DNA of 64,000 bases. Origin: Acanthopagrus schlegelii (lineage: Eukaryota). Positions 23,122 through 37,145 of the stretch are shown piece by piece (within the stretch, counting starts at the first letter, position 1; every line of letters starts with the position of its first letter). A model generated the notes under the pieces. It did no database searches, was not told where the DNA came from, and worked only from the letters and a program-made list of their open reading frames with translations. The translations under genes and the position numbers were made by a program. The stretch lies in contig CM085480.1 of the NCBI GenBank assembly GCA_041753875.1, forward strand, positions 5,671,958 to 5,735,957. Reading direction: 5' to 3'.

Positions 23122-23805
23122 TGTTGCTAAAAAAGTGAAGAAAACTCTGGATAGTGATTTTTTTACACTTTATATATTTTTTAAGAAATATATTTTTTTA
23201 ATCAAAAAGACAACCTTTTCGGTATGTTAGTTATTTGCCTTTGAAAACTGTTTTGTGTTTTTATAATGAATAAAATAATCTGTATCGGCGATATTGGCCT
23301 TGAATGACTTGGCACTGGAGCGAAAACCAGATTTTGTGGTACCGCCCACCCCTCGTCTGAACACACCGTGAGGAGGAGATGGAGCATCACATCATCACAA
23401 GGGCAGGTTAAGGATAAGGCTTACTGCCCCGGTGTTTGGTGCATAAAAATGAAAGCTAAGTACTGCACCAGTTGAGAACATATGTATAGAATACAGGAAT
23501 TACAATAAATTATGTATGTAGAAGTATGTAGAACGTAACTGTTAGACTCAGAAAGCTGTACAGCTGTGCAAACCTCTTCATCACTGTATGTGCTACAGTT
23601 CACAGTATAGAGAGTATGTGTGATGGAATGATAGTCAGTGATGTCAGTTGATGTATAGTAGAGGTCGTCTTATCAAATTATAATAAAGACAATTTAAGTA
23701 TGATGTGATCAGGCTAAGATGCATACAGTGTGAATAGATATATATATATATAAACTTGCAGGATCTTTATTCTAAATATTATAGACAAGATTTAGTCATT
23801 ATTTC

Positions 23806-24420
23806 TGTCACGGTGAAGCAAGGAAGGTGGACCCAACTACACCAGACAGCAGGCTGTAAGGGCAGTGGATGAGGTTTTAATGAGTGTAAGGTAAGGTAAC
23901 ACGAGGAAAGGGCAGACAAGATAGCAAGACCAGGGAAACTCAACAACAGGATCGCAGAAACTGAACGGGATGACGGAAACAAAAAAGACTGAACTAAAAT
24001 ACAAGCTAAACTAACGAGGGGCTGAGGTGCAGCTGGAGTGAGGCAGAGAAACACAGGTGAGAGAAATGAACGGGAAAAACACTGGAAGCAGGGAAGAGGC
24101 TGATAGGCCGGAAAAGGCTGAAAAGACACTGGAGGGAGGAACGGGCTAATGAGGGGGATGCAGTGCAGGTGTGGAGGGGAAGCAGACTGGGCAACGCTCA
24201 GGTAACAGGGCCGGGCTGATTAATCTCATAAAAGACCGGCGTGGAGGGAAAATCAGGCTCGAGAAGAAAACAGAAGACTGGAAAAAGGGGTAAAAGATAA
24301 CCGTAGAAACCCAGAAAACACACTGGACACAGACCCTGGAGCTGTAGTTTGAAGGGATGATAAAATTAGTTTTGCCAGGAGCTTCTGCATCTCTGTGTTT
24401 ACTACCCAACGAGAACTAAA
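23806..24420 (-). repeat. Solo or truncated LTR of the 9148-family, inverted orientation
   Basis: It starts tgtcacggtgaagcaaggaaggtggacccaac, the reverse complement of the family 3' terminus ..gggtccaccttc..gtgaca. The body is purine-rich and matches reverse-complemented LTR blocks. The far end is not well defined. Confidence 0.5.
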
Positions 24421-24739
24421 GCCGTAGCCTTCCCCTCTGGCCAGCTCGCTTTCTTCGTCCTCTCCTGCGGCGGAGTTACGAGAAGGGACGGTTACTTAGC
24501 AGTGGATATCACCTCACAAAGGTGTCTTTGCCAGGATTACCATTAATTCAGTTTTTTTTTCATCTCATTTTGTTTGTATTCGATCCTGTATGTCTTCCAA
24601 AGAGCACAGAAAGGAAAGAGCTTACGATACTAACATATACCAACATATCTGAACAAGCATCTGTACAAGATGCAAAAAATAGATAGATAAATAAATGGAA
24701 ATGAGCAATAACCATATAAAATCATTACATAATTACCTT

Positions 24740-25400
24740 ACTGGATCACTATGCACTGTATCTCCTGTGATCTTTCTGGGGTAGTCCAAAACAGTTTTCC
24801 AGACGATTTGCACTTTGCGGCACGTCCATGCCATATGAAAGAAAACACCTTTATCCTCTTTGCAGTGCCAACAGAGATCTTCAACTTGTTCTTCAACGAT
24901 TTAAATATCTCATGAGAGGTTTTCCATACGTGATTCCAAGGATATGCCTCTATCAATTTCCCAGTTTCTTTTAACTGCATTCCAATGAGTCTCTGTTGTT
25001 TTATTCATTAGTGTCTATATATATTTTTGATGCAAGTTTGACCTTCTGATCTGTAATTAATTCTAACTTAGACTCAGTTTCTGTTAATCCATATTTATAT
25101 GTATCTTTAAGTTGTGCAAAAATTCCCAGTTTACTATTATTTGGATTTCTCACATCGTCCATAGTTCTAATACCTTTTGGAATCCCAGTGATTCTCGATT
25201 TCTCAGGCTTGCCATTCAACCTAAACCTATGGTTGTTCCATGAGGGAACACGAGGAGAGTCACTGACCATTAAATTGATCAGGCTCTTAAATGTTTTGGC
25301 AATGGAGCAAGAAAATTGAATCAAAGTGTTGCTGATGTTCTTAGATACTGGGCTGTACCATAGGCCTTGCAAAGAGACCTTTTCTTTCAACATGTCTCAG
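24740..25400 (-). mobile_element. LINE ORF2 C-terminal fragment including the CCHC zinc-knuckle (degraded); it may extend to about 25900
   Basis: Minus-strand translation of 24781-24900 gives IVEEQVEDLCWHCKEDKGVFFHMAWTCRKVQIVWKTVLDY, a C-x2-C-x(7-8)-H-x4-C motif as in L1/Tx1-type ORF2 C-termini (CPLCxxxxETxxHLFxxCPxxQxxW). Adjacent minus ORFs (25001-25393) are frame-shifted continuations. Confidence 0.5.
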
Positions 25401-28400
25401 GCCTCCCATTCTATACTTTCCCAGTTCTCTTGAATTGAACTGCTTTTTACTGATCCTGCCTCATTTCAAAGGATATCTAGAGTTGAATGCAATGTAATAT
25501 TTGTATATATTCAGAATGCCAAGACCTCCCTTCTTCCTGTCTACATGGAAATTGTTTCGGCTGACCCTTGGTGTCTTATTGCTCCATATGAATACCTCTG
25601 ACTGATCTGTTGACCTCTTTGAAGAAACTTTCATCTGGGGAAAGGGGAATAGCTGCTATGGGGTAAGTAATCCTTAGCAGAACATTCATCTTTAAGCCAT
25701 CTATTTCACCAGTATATACATTTTCCATCTTCCAACGTCTTTTTTGACATAATTTACAAGCTTTTTCAAATCAAATGGGGCAGTATCAGGTATTTTGGAT
25801 CTTAGAGTCAATCCAAGACAATCTAAACTGGCAATATGTGACTTATGGCAGCGAAAGAATGCAAATGACTTATCCCAGTTAATCTTGTGTAAAGAAACAA
25901 CTCCAGATGTCTAGAATAAATCTGAGGGATGCTCTAATAAGTATGGCCAGGGGTTCTGATGATAAAACAAAGAGCATATGGCTCAAAGGGCACCCTAAGG
26001 AGTCCCTTGTGTAATTCAAATGTTTTTTTCAACCTATTTTTTTTTTTTTTTTACCCCATCGAAAATCCTTTATAATTTACTGTCTAATTTGGGTGGAAAA
26101 AGGTTTTATGAAAATGAACAGTGAAGCCGTGTTCACCAGAAGCCTTGCTACTGGCCATGTTGTTAATGGCAGCTAAAATCTCAGTTTGGAAATTGTTTTT
26201 TCAAGATTTTATCTTTGGGCGATGGGTTTTTGAATGTTTCGAACAAAAAAATGGTCCACAAATTGCTTCTGTAGAAAAATATTACATTTGTTTAAGAGTT
26301 TATCTAGAGCGGCCTAAAGGTTAGAGAGGGATTGTGAGTAGAATGAATTAGGTGGACATTTCATATGATTAAGTCCATTAACCTCAACTGTTTAGTGGCC
26401 AGCAGATGAGATGGAAGTTTTGTTTGGTAGCTGGATGTGTTGTAGATATACTGATTTAGATGAACATGTAGAAACACATTGATTGGAGAAAAAATATCAT
26501 ATAATGCAAAAACAATACTTATCCTGACTTGACTGATTACTGCTTAATCTTGGCCTCCATTTCTATTACGTTTCTCTCTCTTTGTCCACCTCACCATTGG
26601 ATCAGGTGCCGCTGCTTCCTCTTTTCTGCAGCATAACAAGCAAGTCATCAACGCTTTGGAGCTCATCACTGAGTTATCTCTGATTCATAAGCAGATCCTG
26701 GAGGTCTGGATCACTCATGGTGACAGGCAGAAGCACAGACAAAAATACTTGCAACAGAGATATGGACAGATGAACACAGAGGTAAACACAGTGATGGAGA
26801 CTAACAGGTGCACCACCACAACAACAGGGTAAATAAGACAGATGTGGCTTGAAGAAGTGTCTTTTGGTTGTGTTAGTTTTGGAAATACAAAGAGTGTTTT
26901 TTTTGTTTTGTTTTGTTTTTTTAATGATTAATCTACAGGACCTGTTGAGAGAAAATGACAAACGTAATAAACTCAGAAGTGAACATCCTACATTTGACAA
27001 CAGTGTTTGATTCATTTGCATCTCAAGTGGTGACTAACAAACTCTTATGAGCTAATGTAAGCTAAATAACCAGAAATACATCACTACTGGAAATTTCCCT
27101 GAGACTGAACCCTTTACATGTGACTAATAAAGGTACTATAAGACAGACTGATCTACAGCATGACAGCTGACATTAAGGAATGTTTACGACTGCTGTCATT
27201 CTCTCAGTGAACCCTAAGCCTATTTAAAATGGCATCATCTGCCAAATGGCACTGAATGACATCATTTGTAACGACTCTTTCTTTTAACATGTGTCATATC
27301 AGTTTCATGCACACCTCTTCAGTAAACTGCTCACTCACTATTACCTTACAGCAGATAGCTAGCATATCTCACGCATCAAAACAACATCAAAACTCTCGGC
27401 CACCATTTTTCATGGCTTAGATTTCAGGATCTGCTCTGTCTCTGTTACCAAATAATCAATTTACCTTTCAGTTTTCCGAGAGGATGGGAAAATAGCCTCA
27501 GGTTAATTGCATACGCGTTTCACATACATTTCTCATTAAGAGCAACTCCTTTTTTAATCAAAGGTTGAGGTTAAGTTACAAAAGTTAATATGTATTTGTC
27601 TCCCTGTAGGCATAGATGAGTACTGCATCCATCTTGTGCTGGTTTGTGTATTTAAGAGAATATTTTTGTTGCAGTAAAAACACCAAGAAAGCATAGACAT
27701 AGACAGAGAAATGTCTGCAGGCTGGGCTTCAGCCACAGCATATACAGATATAGAAGTAACACCTATAAGCCCATTGTGGCCCATTTCATTGCTAAAATCA
27801 TCTTCACACCATGCTCACTTTGCTCATGCTCGTATTACATGGTCTAGTCTGCATCATACAATATCAATTCAAAAGGGAGTACAATAAATATCAGATGCAG
27901 TTGGTATATAAACCCATCCGTGGCAGCATTAGACACTAAGGGGACGCTTGTGCACCAAAACTGTCGCCAAAGGGTCCTGACCACACGTCAGATTTTGACA
28001 AGGGGTAACGAGAATGTGGTGAAAATAGCAAAGGCATATGAGAAGCTCTCCAGCATCATTCAGAATATAACTCTGAGGGATATTAGTAAAATGAAAATCA
28101 AACCTCTTCTTTTGAGGCATACTGCAGCCTTGGTCTGAAGTTGTGAATCTCATTAACTACTTCACCTTGCTTTGCAGGTGAGCAAGGGCGATTTGTTATG
28201 TTTGATCACATCATGTGGTTGAATTTATCTTCAAATAATCCTTGATCTCAACTTCAGTGAGAAATTTCATATTTCATTTAAGTTTCAGACTGATTCTCGC
28301 TTCCATCAGTCAAAAGAAAAACCTCACAGGGTCATTTAGCTCTTTAAATTGTCTTCCTTTTACATTCAGTGTGTCTCTGTTATGTAGCAGTAGTGTTCCA

Positions 28401-31400
28401 GTTGTAAGAATGAATTTATTAGATTACTATTTTCCTCGTTAGAGGTCATATACAAAGAGAATATGTGTATTTCATTACGTTTTCTGTGTTATTTTTTTAG
28501 CAATAACTGTTCACCTTTTTTTTCAGCATATCTGAAGGATATTGCTCTGTGTGTATAGTCTCTTGCAATATTTTCTCAGTCTTCTATTCAGTCCATAGAT
28601 TTTTGTGATATAACTCCTTGTTTCCTGTTATTGTGGTCATATTCCTTCAGTCAGGGAGCTCGTCGCGAGGCGGCTTATTTGCAGATGGATTTTATCGGTG
28701 CTGATTGCTGTTTGAACCTCACCTGCAGTATATATTGTCATGTGTGCTTTTTGTGATTACGCTGATGACGACTTACAGCTGAAGCGTGTTCCTTTCTCGG
28801 CCATAAGGATTCTTTTTCATTTGCAGAGTATAGTTTCCACAGTTAAAGCCCAAGGGATTGTGTTTTCACATGCGTTTGATGTTTTGTTAGTTTGTTAGGA
28901 TTACAAGAATGGATTTCCCATTTAACCCATTTCTATTACACTGGGATACAGGATGGATCTTAGCCCAGAGTAGAAGATATGTGCTGTGGTGAGTGAGTAC
29001 AAAAGGGGATATTTGGACCTAGGCGTAGGTATGCACTCTACTAGGTGCCGTTGTTGTAGCAGTTGCTCAGCCGTTAACGGCGGAGAGCATCTGGAGAAAA
29101 CGATGCTTCTTCCTGTTGTGGTTGTGCAATGGAAGATGTTCTTTATTTAAGATGTACTTCCCAGTTTCTCTGGGACGAAATTCAGCAAAGTGGAAGAAGG
29201 AGTAGCAAAGTGAAACTGAGGTTTATAGGGACTGTGTCATTTGAATAGACTGTGCAATCAGTATTTATTTCAGAATGATAAGTTAAAGCAAAAATGTTGT
29301 CTGTGACCAGTTTGCCACACACAGAAGTAGACTACATCTGGCCTACTGGGTGAAGCTGTTGTGTTTGTTACCTCATTCTCCTCCCTATGAAGACTCTGTG
29401 GCTCTTTAGTCTACATGACCTGAATACCTCCCCTAGAGCTTACTTTATTACTGCGGCCACTAGAGGTCACTGCCTAACAATTATAATAAAAACCATATTA
29501 AGCTGCTTTTACGGTTGACATGCTGTATGTGGTTAATTCTAATGAAGCCAGTCTGAAATAAGCCGTAACATCTACAGTAACACTTAACTAAAAAGAAAAG
29601 AATAAAATAAAATACATCCTAAATCACGTTCTGTGCCAAATTCCCTCATTTCTTTTCAACATTTCAAGAACTTTAAGTGGACTAGCATTACAGCCTAAAC
29701 TCTGCCATCAACATGTGCCCAAGCCCAAACATTAGTACAATCCTCTTTGTCACTCACAGTTCTGTATTAGCCCTGCATAGTCTACTCAGTCGAGGGAAGC
29801 CACGGAGCCCAACCACACCATCATGCCTGGGTGCGCTCCATAATCTAAACCGAGATAATAAACTACACCAAAAACAAATTAGCAGAAAAACAGGACTTTT
29901 GGACCCATCACCCACTCAGAAACAAATAGCTTGTTAGCAAGTAGAGTAACAGGCTTTCTCAATAAGCATGGGCCACTCCTCTTTGGCCTCACCATGCAGC
30001 ACCAATCCCTTCTTGATAGCAAGGTTGCAAACTGCCCAGTCGGTGACAGCGACCTCACTGTTGCTGTGTCTTCAGCTGAATTTGAGTGTGTTTGTACTGA
30101 AAGCTCTGTTTTAAAAAGTGTCTGCGTTCAGCTCTCATTATTTCTGTGGCTTCCTAATTACCTCTCTGTGGTTTGGAGTTTAGTTTCCCTCCTGTGCTCC
30201 TGTTTATACTCTCCCCTATCAGCATTATTTCACTGTTTGCTGATTGCTCTCAGCCATTCAGAAGCTGTGTTACATTTAATGCAAACTGAACCTTTCCTGC
30301 TGTTGCTGCTTCACATTAAAAGCTTTCCATCGGTGGACCGGCGGGATGCAGGAACACAAGACGAGTGATTTACGGAGAAGAGATGTACGCTGTAGCCCAC
30401 AAAAGAAAATGCAATTTACCTTCAGTTGGACTTTAAATATTGCAGGGAGGCAAAAGAACGGCCACAGTGAGCTGAAAGGGGCTGCAGGCGACAGGCTCAT
30501 TCTATTTTGTGACCTCCAACGCGTCAAGGCGTCTTATACGTCGTGACCCAGCTCTGTCTCCTAGAAATTTCTTCTGTGAACGCTGCTAATTAGTTTTTCC
30601 AATTAAGTCACAGCCAGGCTCTGAGACAAAAATGGAAGAAAGACAGGTATACTAAATAAAATATTAGAAAAAAAATCAATACAGACAGGGGCACTTCACT
30701 GTCCATGAAATGAATGGAGCAAAAGAAAGCTACAGTTACCCACTCAGACTGCCCTTGGCGGCCTCATGCACTGTGTCGCCGCATTCTGACAGCAACTTCT
30801 CCCACAAGTTCAGTCCCCCAGATAACAAGAGGTGTCTGACTCCCTGGACTCTCAGCCACAACAGTGATGGGCTCCTACACAATCTGAGCTGACAGAAACA
30901 TGAGGCAGGGTGGCGAGAGGAGAGGAGGGTGACTGTAATGTCATTTACCTGGAGACTAGCTGCCTCCTTACAGAGTAAGCCTCAGTGCTCTCGTGGTGAT
31001 CGATGGCAACAGGCTTCTTTTTAAACACATTGCAGCTTAGAGGGTTTAAAAACAGTAGGGAACACAAAGAGATAAATCTAAAATACAGGCCTAAATGTGT
31101 GACATGAAAAAAAGTCTGTTAAATCACTGAAATACTGTGTTATTGGGCTGGGAACTATATCAATATAATGTCCTTATCGTGTGTATCAGAGTAAATATTC
31201 AGCTCGGTTGCCAAGATGAAATGTAATCTGATAAAAAAACAAAAAAACAACAACAACAAAAACAAAAACGAATGTTCAGTTTGTGTCATAAATTTTGTGC
31301 ATTATTATTTCTACAATACATGGCACATCACCTTCTCATTACAAGCTTATGACCTAATAATCATATCTGGAGGTCGAGGGGATGGTGGTGGTGGAGTTAC

Positions 31401-31697
31401 AGTGAGAAGGCCGCCAAGCCAGTGACCACAGTTTGAGACTGTGTTTCAACATTTTATGGCATTTCAATGATTTTGTACGTGATACCACAGGATATTATCG
31501 ATGAGAAGTCGGGACATCTTCATCGTGTTTTTTGCAGACCCAAACTTATATTTCAGGCCAAAATGTGATCTTTTACTGCCCCTAACCAAGTTGAGTTTGT
31601 GCCGAACCCGTACTGAGAACAGTCATAACGTCAAATTGAAAATGTAACTTTAAAGCACAAAATCTGTCTGTATCATTCTCTGTATGCTATTCTCCTT

Positions 31698-32575
31698 ATG
31701 ATGTCACATCACTTATTCATGCATCATCACTCAAGAAGTGATAAATACGGTGAAGAAACGCCTGCTACTGGACAGCACTCTGTCCCAGACTACATTTGTG
31801 CCTTTCTTGACCTTCATCTGACGACCACCTACATCTCCAACAGTGGCCAACTTCCTACATGGAAGAAGTTGAGAGCATCTGGGTCAGAAACAGAACAAGG
31901 GAAGTGGACACCTTAACAGAACACATACATGCTGTGGATAATAACATCAAGTTCACATGGGAAGACGTCAGAGGGGACAGTCTGCCCATTTTGGACTGTG
32001 CAGTACACATTGAAGAAGGCAGAAGCCTCAACAATGAGGTGTACAGAAAACCTACACACAGGGATCAGAACCCTCTGTTCAACTCTCATCACCCAATGGA
32101 ACACAAGCTGGGGTCATGAGAACCCTAATACATTGGACTGAGACCATGCCTACTAAGGCAGAGGGGAAGGAGAAGGAAGAGAAGCACATCAGAGGAGCAC
32201 CTTAAACCTGTGGCTACCCAAACTGGACCATTGTCAAAACCTGAGACTGAAAAATGTAACGCTGTCATTCTTTATGTCGCAGGAACACCTGAGAAACTCA
32301 GGAGGATCTTTAATAAACATCATATCCTTGTTCACTTTAAACCTACCAACACACTGAGGCAGAAAATTGTCCATACTAAGCACAAAACACTCAGGCATGA
32401 ACAGAGTAATGTAGGTTATGCTGTTCATTCAACATCAGTGAATATAAGCAGGAGCAGAAAAGTAACTGGATTAAAACCCAAAGATACAATGAGATGGATA
32501 CAATTGAAAATGGCTAAAACATTAATTAATGGTCATGATATTTATTGTACTGCAATTAAGTTAAAAAGACCATAA
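31698..32575 (+). mobile_element. Penelope-like element (PLE) fragment: RT C-terminal region plus a degenerate GIY-YIG endonuclease domain
   Basis: ORF 31859-32119 has ..NNIKFTWEDVRGDSLPILDCAVHIEEGRSLNNEVYRKPTHRDQNPLFNSHHPMEHKLG. The PLE consensus reads ..FT.E.E....LPFLDV.V.R...G.L.T.VYRKPTHTD.YL.F.S.HP...K.GV. ORF 32210-32575 has ..AVILYVAGTPEKLRRIFNKHHILVHFKPTNTLRQKIVHTKHKTLRHEQSNVGYAV.., against the PLE consensus ..LPYI.GVSEKL.RIL.KH.I.V.FKP.NTL...LVHPKDK....KSGVVYKIPC (GIY-YIG). Confidence 0.6.
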
Positions 32576-32989
32576 AAATTATGTTGTGAGCTGCTTACCT
32601 TTAGAAAAAAAAAAGAAAAGAAAAAAAGTCATGGCCCCTGAGGGACGATATGAAGATTTAAATGGCCTTCAATAGGAAAAAGGTTCCTCACTCCTGGGTT
32701 AGGTCAACAACCCACAAGTGGTGCTAACGACTCTGAAACTCAGAGCTCACATGTGTCCTTCATGAGTCAGTAAGGACACTCCCACACAGAGTTTAAAAGC
32801 CTGCAACTCACCTCCAGTTAGTTAGAACTGAAGAAGCCTCTTGGATGGAAGGTGAAACGTCTTCAACAAACTGAAACAAGACCAGTTTCTTATATATAGT
32901 ATATCTGTTAAGGAGGCGTAATGCCGCCTTCAGACCAAACGCAAATAAGAAAAATATGTGAACCACATTGGTAAGAATGAACAGATTTG

Positions 32990-33400
32990 TCTGTGATATG
33001 ACTGCAATAAATGGATCAGAATGTCATGACGACCAGCAAACAACTTCTAAAATGCTTGTTCCCTGAATGGAGTTTGGATCGATAAGAGCTATGTTGTGCT
33101 GTGCTGAGACGTATTTCCAGAACTCACCAGGTAGTCTTACTTTCCAGCTGACCTCCCTCCACAGCAGTTCCTTATTTGCTCTGTCTTGGTACAAAAAGAC
33201 ATGTTATCGTCCAGCTCTGGGTGTCCGCAAATGACCACGATTAGTGATTATATCCTCTCCTTCACTGCTGTTTATGAATGATGATATTAACCATCCCCAC
33301 TGTGTTGATGTGAAACTATCATTTTCTATAGTGTTTGCTTATGAGTGTGGAGTCTGCAGAGTGTGGGCTCTGTGATAGCAGAGAGGAGCTACGGAAAGAG
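32990..33400 (+). repeat. Dispersed repeat family B, copy 2
   Basis: It aligns to 20700-20950, with shared blocks aaaatgcttgttcc(a/c)tgaatggagtt, gttatcgt(a/c)cagctctggg, gatcagtgattat and ctcatgaatg. Confidence 0.4.
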
Positions 33401-36324
33401 CCTTGTTTGTTGTCACCACCTGCTGTAGCTGACAGACTGCGAGGACAGACTGAAGGTCTTGCACACTACAACAGACTGCATCTCAGTTCAACTCTGCAAA
33501 TCAGGGAGACACCTCCGCAACTCCTACGCCACTAAGGACAGTAGAAGCAAATCAAAACAATGGAGTGTGTTGGGAGATGCTCAAGTGTTTACAAAGGAAA
33601 CAAAGCGGGGCTTCAGCAATAGACAGGAGCAGACTGCAGCTTGGTTTGCTACATCTAAATCAAGGCAAAGATGCTTGAAATGTACAGAAAAAAGGTATTC
33701 AGACCTGCGTCGCACCTGAAGCTGCTCGAGAGCCTGGCACAGCACACTGTCGTATACCATCAGTTGCTGTGTGCCCACCCTGAACCCTGCTTACGTTATT
33801 TTCATGCTGTAGCCGTACAGCCGCTTGCAGTTTAAAATAGAAAACTTTTCATCTTTGCATTTTCTTTTTGCCTCACCAGCTCTGTCAACTTCATGATTAA
33901 TTCCCTTGAAGCTCATTAATCCTCCTGGGAGTGACATAAATAACTAACAGCTCTCTCACGTTCATCAACATTGTTAACAATTTCAAAAGTGCATTAATTA
34001 AAATTACCAGGAGACCTGAAAAAAAATTCAAGTCAAGATTTTAAATTATGATTAAAGCCAAAGGAGTACCAGCGTCAAGTCTTTTTTTTTTTTTTTTTCT
34101 AGTTTCAAAAAAAAGATCTTACATAGAAAACCTCTCAACTCCCAAGCATTTTTTGTTCTTTGTGAAACTTGTCATAATTCCCTCACCTCTCGTCAGCAGA
34201 GCAGGAATGCATTGCACGTCACTTCAGAGAAACCCGACAACTTTTATACACAGTGTTTACATCAATATTCTAAGCTGTTTACGTCTATCACAGATGGCAG
34301 TTGGCGTTGGGGTGTGAACGTAAGAGACTAAACATGAGGTCACTTCTTCCTTTAAGGCTCAAGAGTACGAAGGATTTTCAGTATCCAAATGAAACAAGGC
34401 TTATTTTCACCAAAATATACAAAGGCAAATATCCAATCAAATCACTGTACTCTCCTGTGCTCTCATGCGTTAATAAAGGATGGTGTGTTCCTCCTCCTCA
34501 TTTGGATCATTATACAGAGCTGGCTGTTCCTACAAAAAAAAAAAAAAAAAAAAGTTCCCTTGCAGAGGAACTCGAGCTTTGAGGGGAGGAATCTTGATGT
34601 GCTTTCATCTACTGTACACGAACACGCAAAAAATAGAAATGGAACATCAGGATGGGCCACTGACAAAGCCATGAACAAATAAAAGCAACCAGTGGAGCCT
34701 AAGAGAAAACGGGAAGAGAGGGATTGATGTCTGTTTTTGGTTCAGGCAGTTCCTGTCTCTGACTCACGGCGAGCACAGTGAGCGCTTCAATTCCCCCCAG
34801 ATTCCCACGTTTCTGATGTGCAGATTCTTATTATTCTCACCCGTGTTTTTTTCTAGATAAAAGTTAAAATTATGTTAATTCCATGTGGCAAGGACACTCG
34901 CACACTGAGTCACACAGTTCATTAAGCTTTCCTCCACATACTATCCTCCCACTCATCCGCCCACCCTCTCACGTACATGTACACACTGGCACAGGCATGC
35001 TGTTCATACCAGCATGGTGTCTATTCGTTCGTAGCAAACATTATGCCGTTGATTTGTCCTGAGAAAGAGTGAGAGAAATGCCGTGCGTTAATAAACACTT
35101 CACCCTAATGTGAAGGGGTGGGTCGCTCGTTGTGCCAGAATCAATATATTGACTTAAAGTGATGAAGTTGCCATTACAAACTATGACAGGAGCAACTCAT
35201 CAAATCTGATCCTGAACCTGTTTAGAAAGTCTTGCAGAGAGTTATGAGAGAAGAGTTAATGGTACAAATTCGTCTCTTGAATGAGTTTGTATGGACTCAT
35301 TGGCATTTACTGTTACCCATTACTTCCGCCATGTTCCTGGGTGGCGAGCATGTGAGTGGTCGGCTCCCCAGATTGATTAGTTTACCGAACGTCCCTGCGT
35401 TTCACCAGGCTCCTCGAATAGCATAGTTTGCAAAGACACCCAGATTAATTTCACTGTGCCACTTTCCGGTGTGACGCGGCCTTAGGGGTGTACGGCAGCT
35501 ATATATAGATAGTGACTGATTGAGGGGCAGGTGTGCAGGCGGGTACTGATCAGGTAAGTCAGATGATTAAAGGCAGAAGGAGCTGAAGAGGGACAGAGCG
35601 AGTACGGCAGAATCAGGACTAACAGGAGGGGTACAAACTGCCAGGCGTTGTAAATGGAGAGAAATGTCCAAACAGCACATAAGATGAAGCTGAAGGTAAG
35701 CTATGAAACTAACCAGGAGCATTTACCTGATTGTTGGACTGACATCAAAGTGAAATCGGTCAATTCAGGGGACATGGCATCCTCGTACCACTTTGCATCT
35801 GAAGAACACAACACAATCAGTGCTTGCTTTTTACCCGTGGCCTACTTTTTTGGACCTCCAAAGAAAAGAGTGCAGGAACCTTTCATCAGAGATCATGAGT
35901 GCAGAGCAGATTGAAGCAGAGTGCAACAGTCAAAGGACAAATTGAGACCCTCCAACAATGTCAGCCTGTATTAAATTATAATACATAATTTAATATATTA
36001 AATATATTTCCAATTATAAGACTGCAATGCATAGGGAATTTGACATTCCAAACTGGGAGAACACTGGGGAAAAAATGAAGAAATACAGAAACCCCCATTC
36101 AAATTGGATTTAGTGCTGGGGTTATTTCAACATTTCATGTTGCTGGTCAGTGGTTTTAATCCTGTCCAGAGTGAGTATGTGGATAATTTATCACGCACAC
36201 CCGAGTAATAATTACAGCTGCAATTACCTCATGTCTTCCGGTGAACTCGCTGATCCTCACATAATTTAATTCCAGCCAAGGTCTTAAAGCAACAAAATGT
36301 AACTTCCTGGAGAAAGACAATTGA

Positions 36325-36535
36325 TTCCGTTAGCTCAGGGGGAGAGCCAGTGTCTCGTTATCAGAAGGTTGCAGGTTCGATTCCCCTGGTCCTTGGGCAT
36401 CCTGATGTGCTGGTTGGCACCTTGCATGTCAGCTACCACCATCAGTGTACGTACAGTATGTACGAATTACTGTAAGTTGCTTTGGAGAAAATCTAAATGC
36501 CCTCAGTGTAAATGTAACAGATTCTGACATTTGGA
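36325..36535 (+). mobile_element. tRNA-derived SINE (tRNA-related head plus conserved fish-SINE central block)
   Basis: The head ccgttagctcagggggagagc...gaaggttgcaggttcgattcccctggtcc has A-box and B-box-like motifs (GGTTCGATTCC). The downstream block tgtaagttgctttggagaaaatctaaatgccctcagtgtaaatgtaacag matches the conserved ..gtaagtcgctttggataaaagcgtctgctaaatg.. domain of many teleost SINEs. T-rich runs follow at 36645-36700. Confidence 0.6.
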
Positions 36536-37145
36536 GTTCCCAGCTCAGGTTGTATGCCAATCCAAAGTGTTGTATTTGATGACAGTGTTCACCTCATTCC
36601 CCAGGAAGTAGCATTTTGCTGCTTTTAATTGCTGCTCCTGGTGGAGTTTTTTTTTTTTTCTTTTTTTTTTTTTTTTCTTTTTTTTTTTTTGAAGTGCTAC
36701 TTGTCTTGTCTTAGATGTGGTTTTATTAATCTGATATATAAACTGACACTGTCATTAAATTTAGGCCTATTTGAGATCCAGTACTTACCTGTGAGGCAGC
36801 TCAATTTGCAAGATCATGTGATCATGTGGTCTTGCGAATCAGTCTTGCTTCCAGACTTAACCCTGAAACACCCCTTTTCTTAAAATTACAGTGTTATCTT
36901 TAGCCATCCTAAAAACAGTATAACAGTCTGTTATATTGTATCTTATTTTTTACCACATGTACATAGTCATTGGGCCCTATTGATCAGTCTCACTCATCAG
37001 TCTCAATGATATTGGATAGTACATTTGTTTGTAAGTCCAGCCTAATGGTTATGAACTCACACAACCTCTCAAGATTAGGTTCGAACAGCATCTCTGTTTC
37101 ATTGGACTGGATTCATTAGATTCAAGTAAGTAAAATGTCTTTTAC

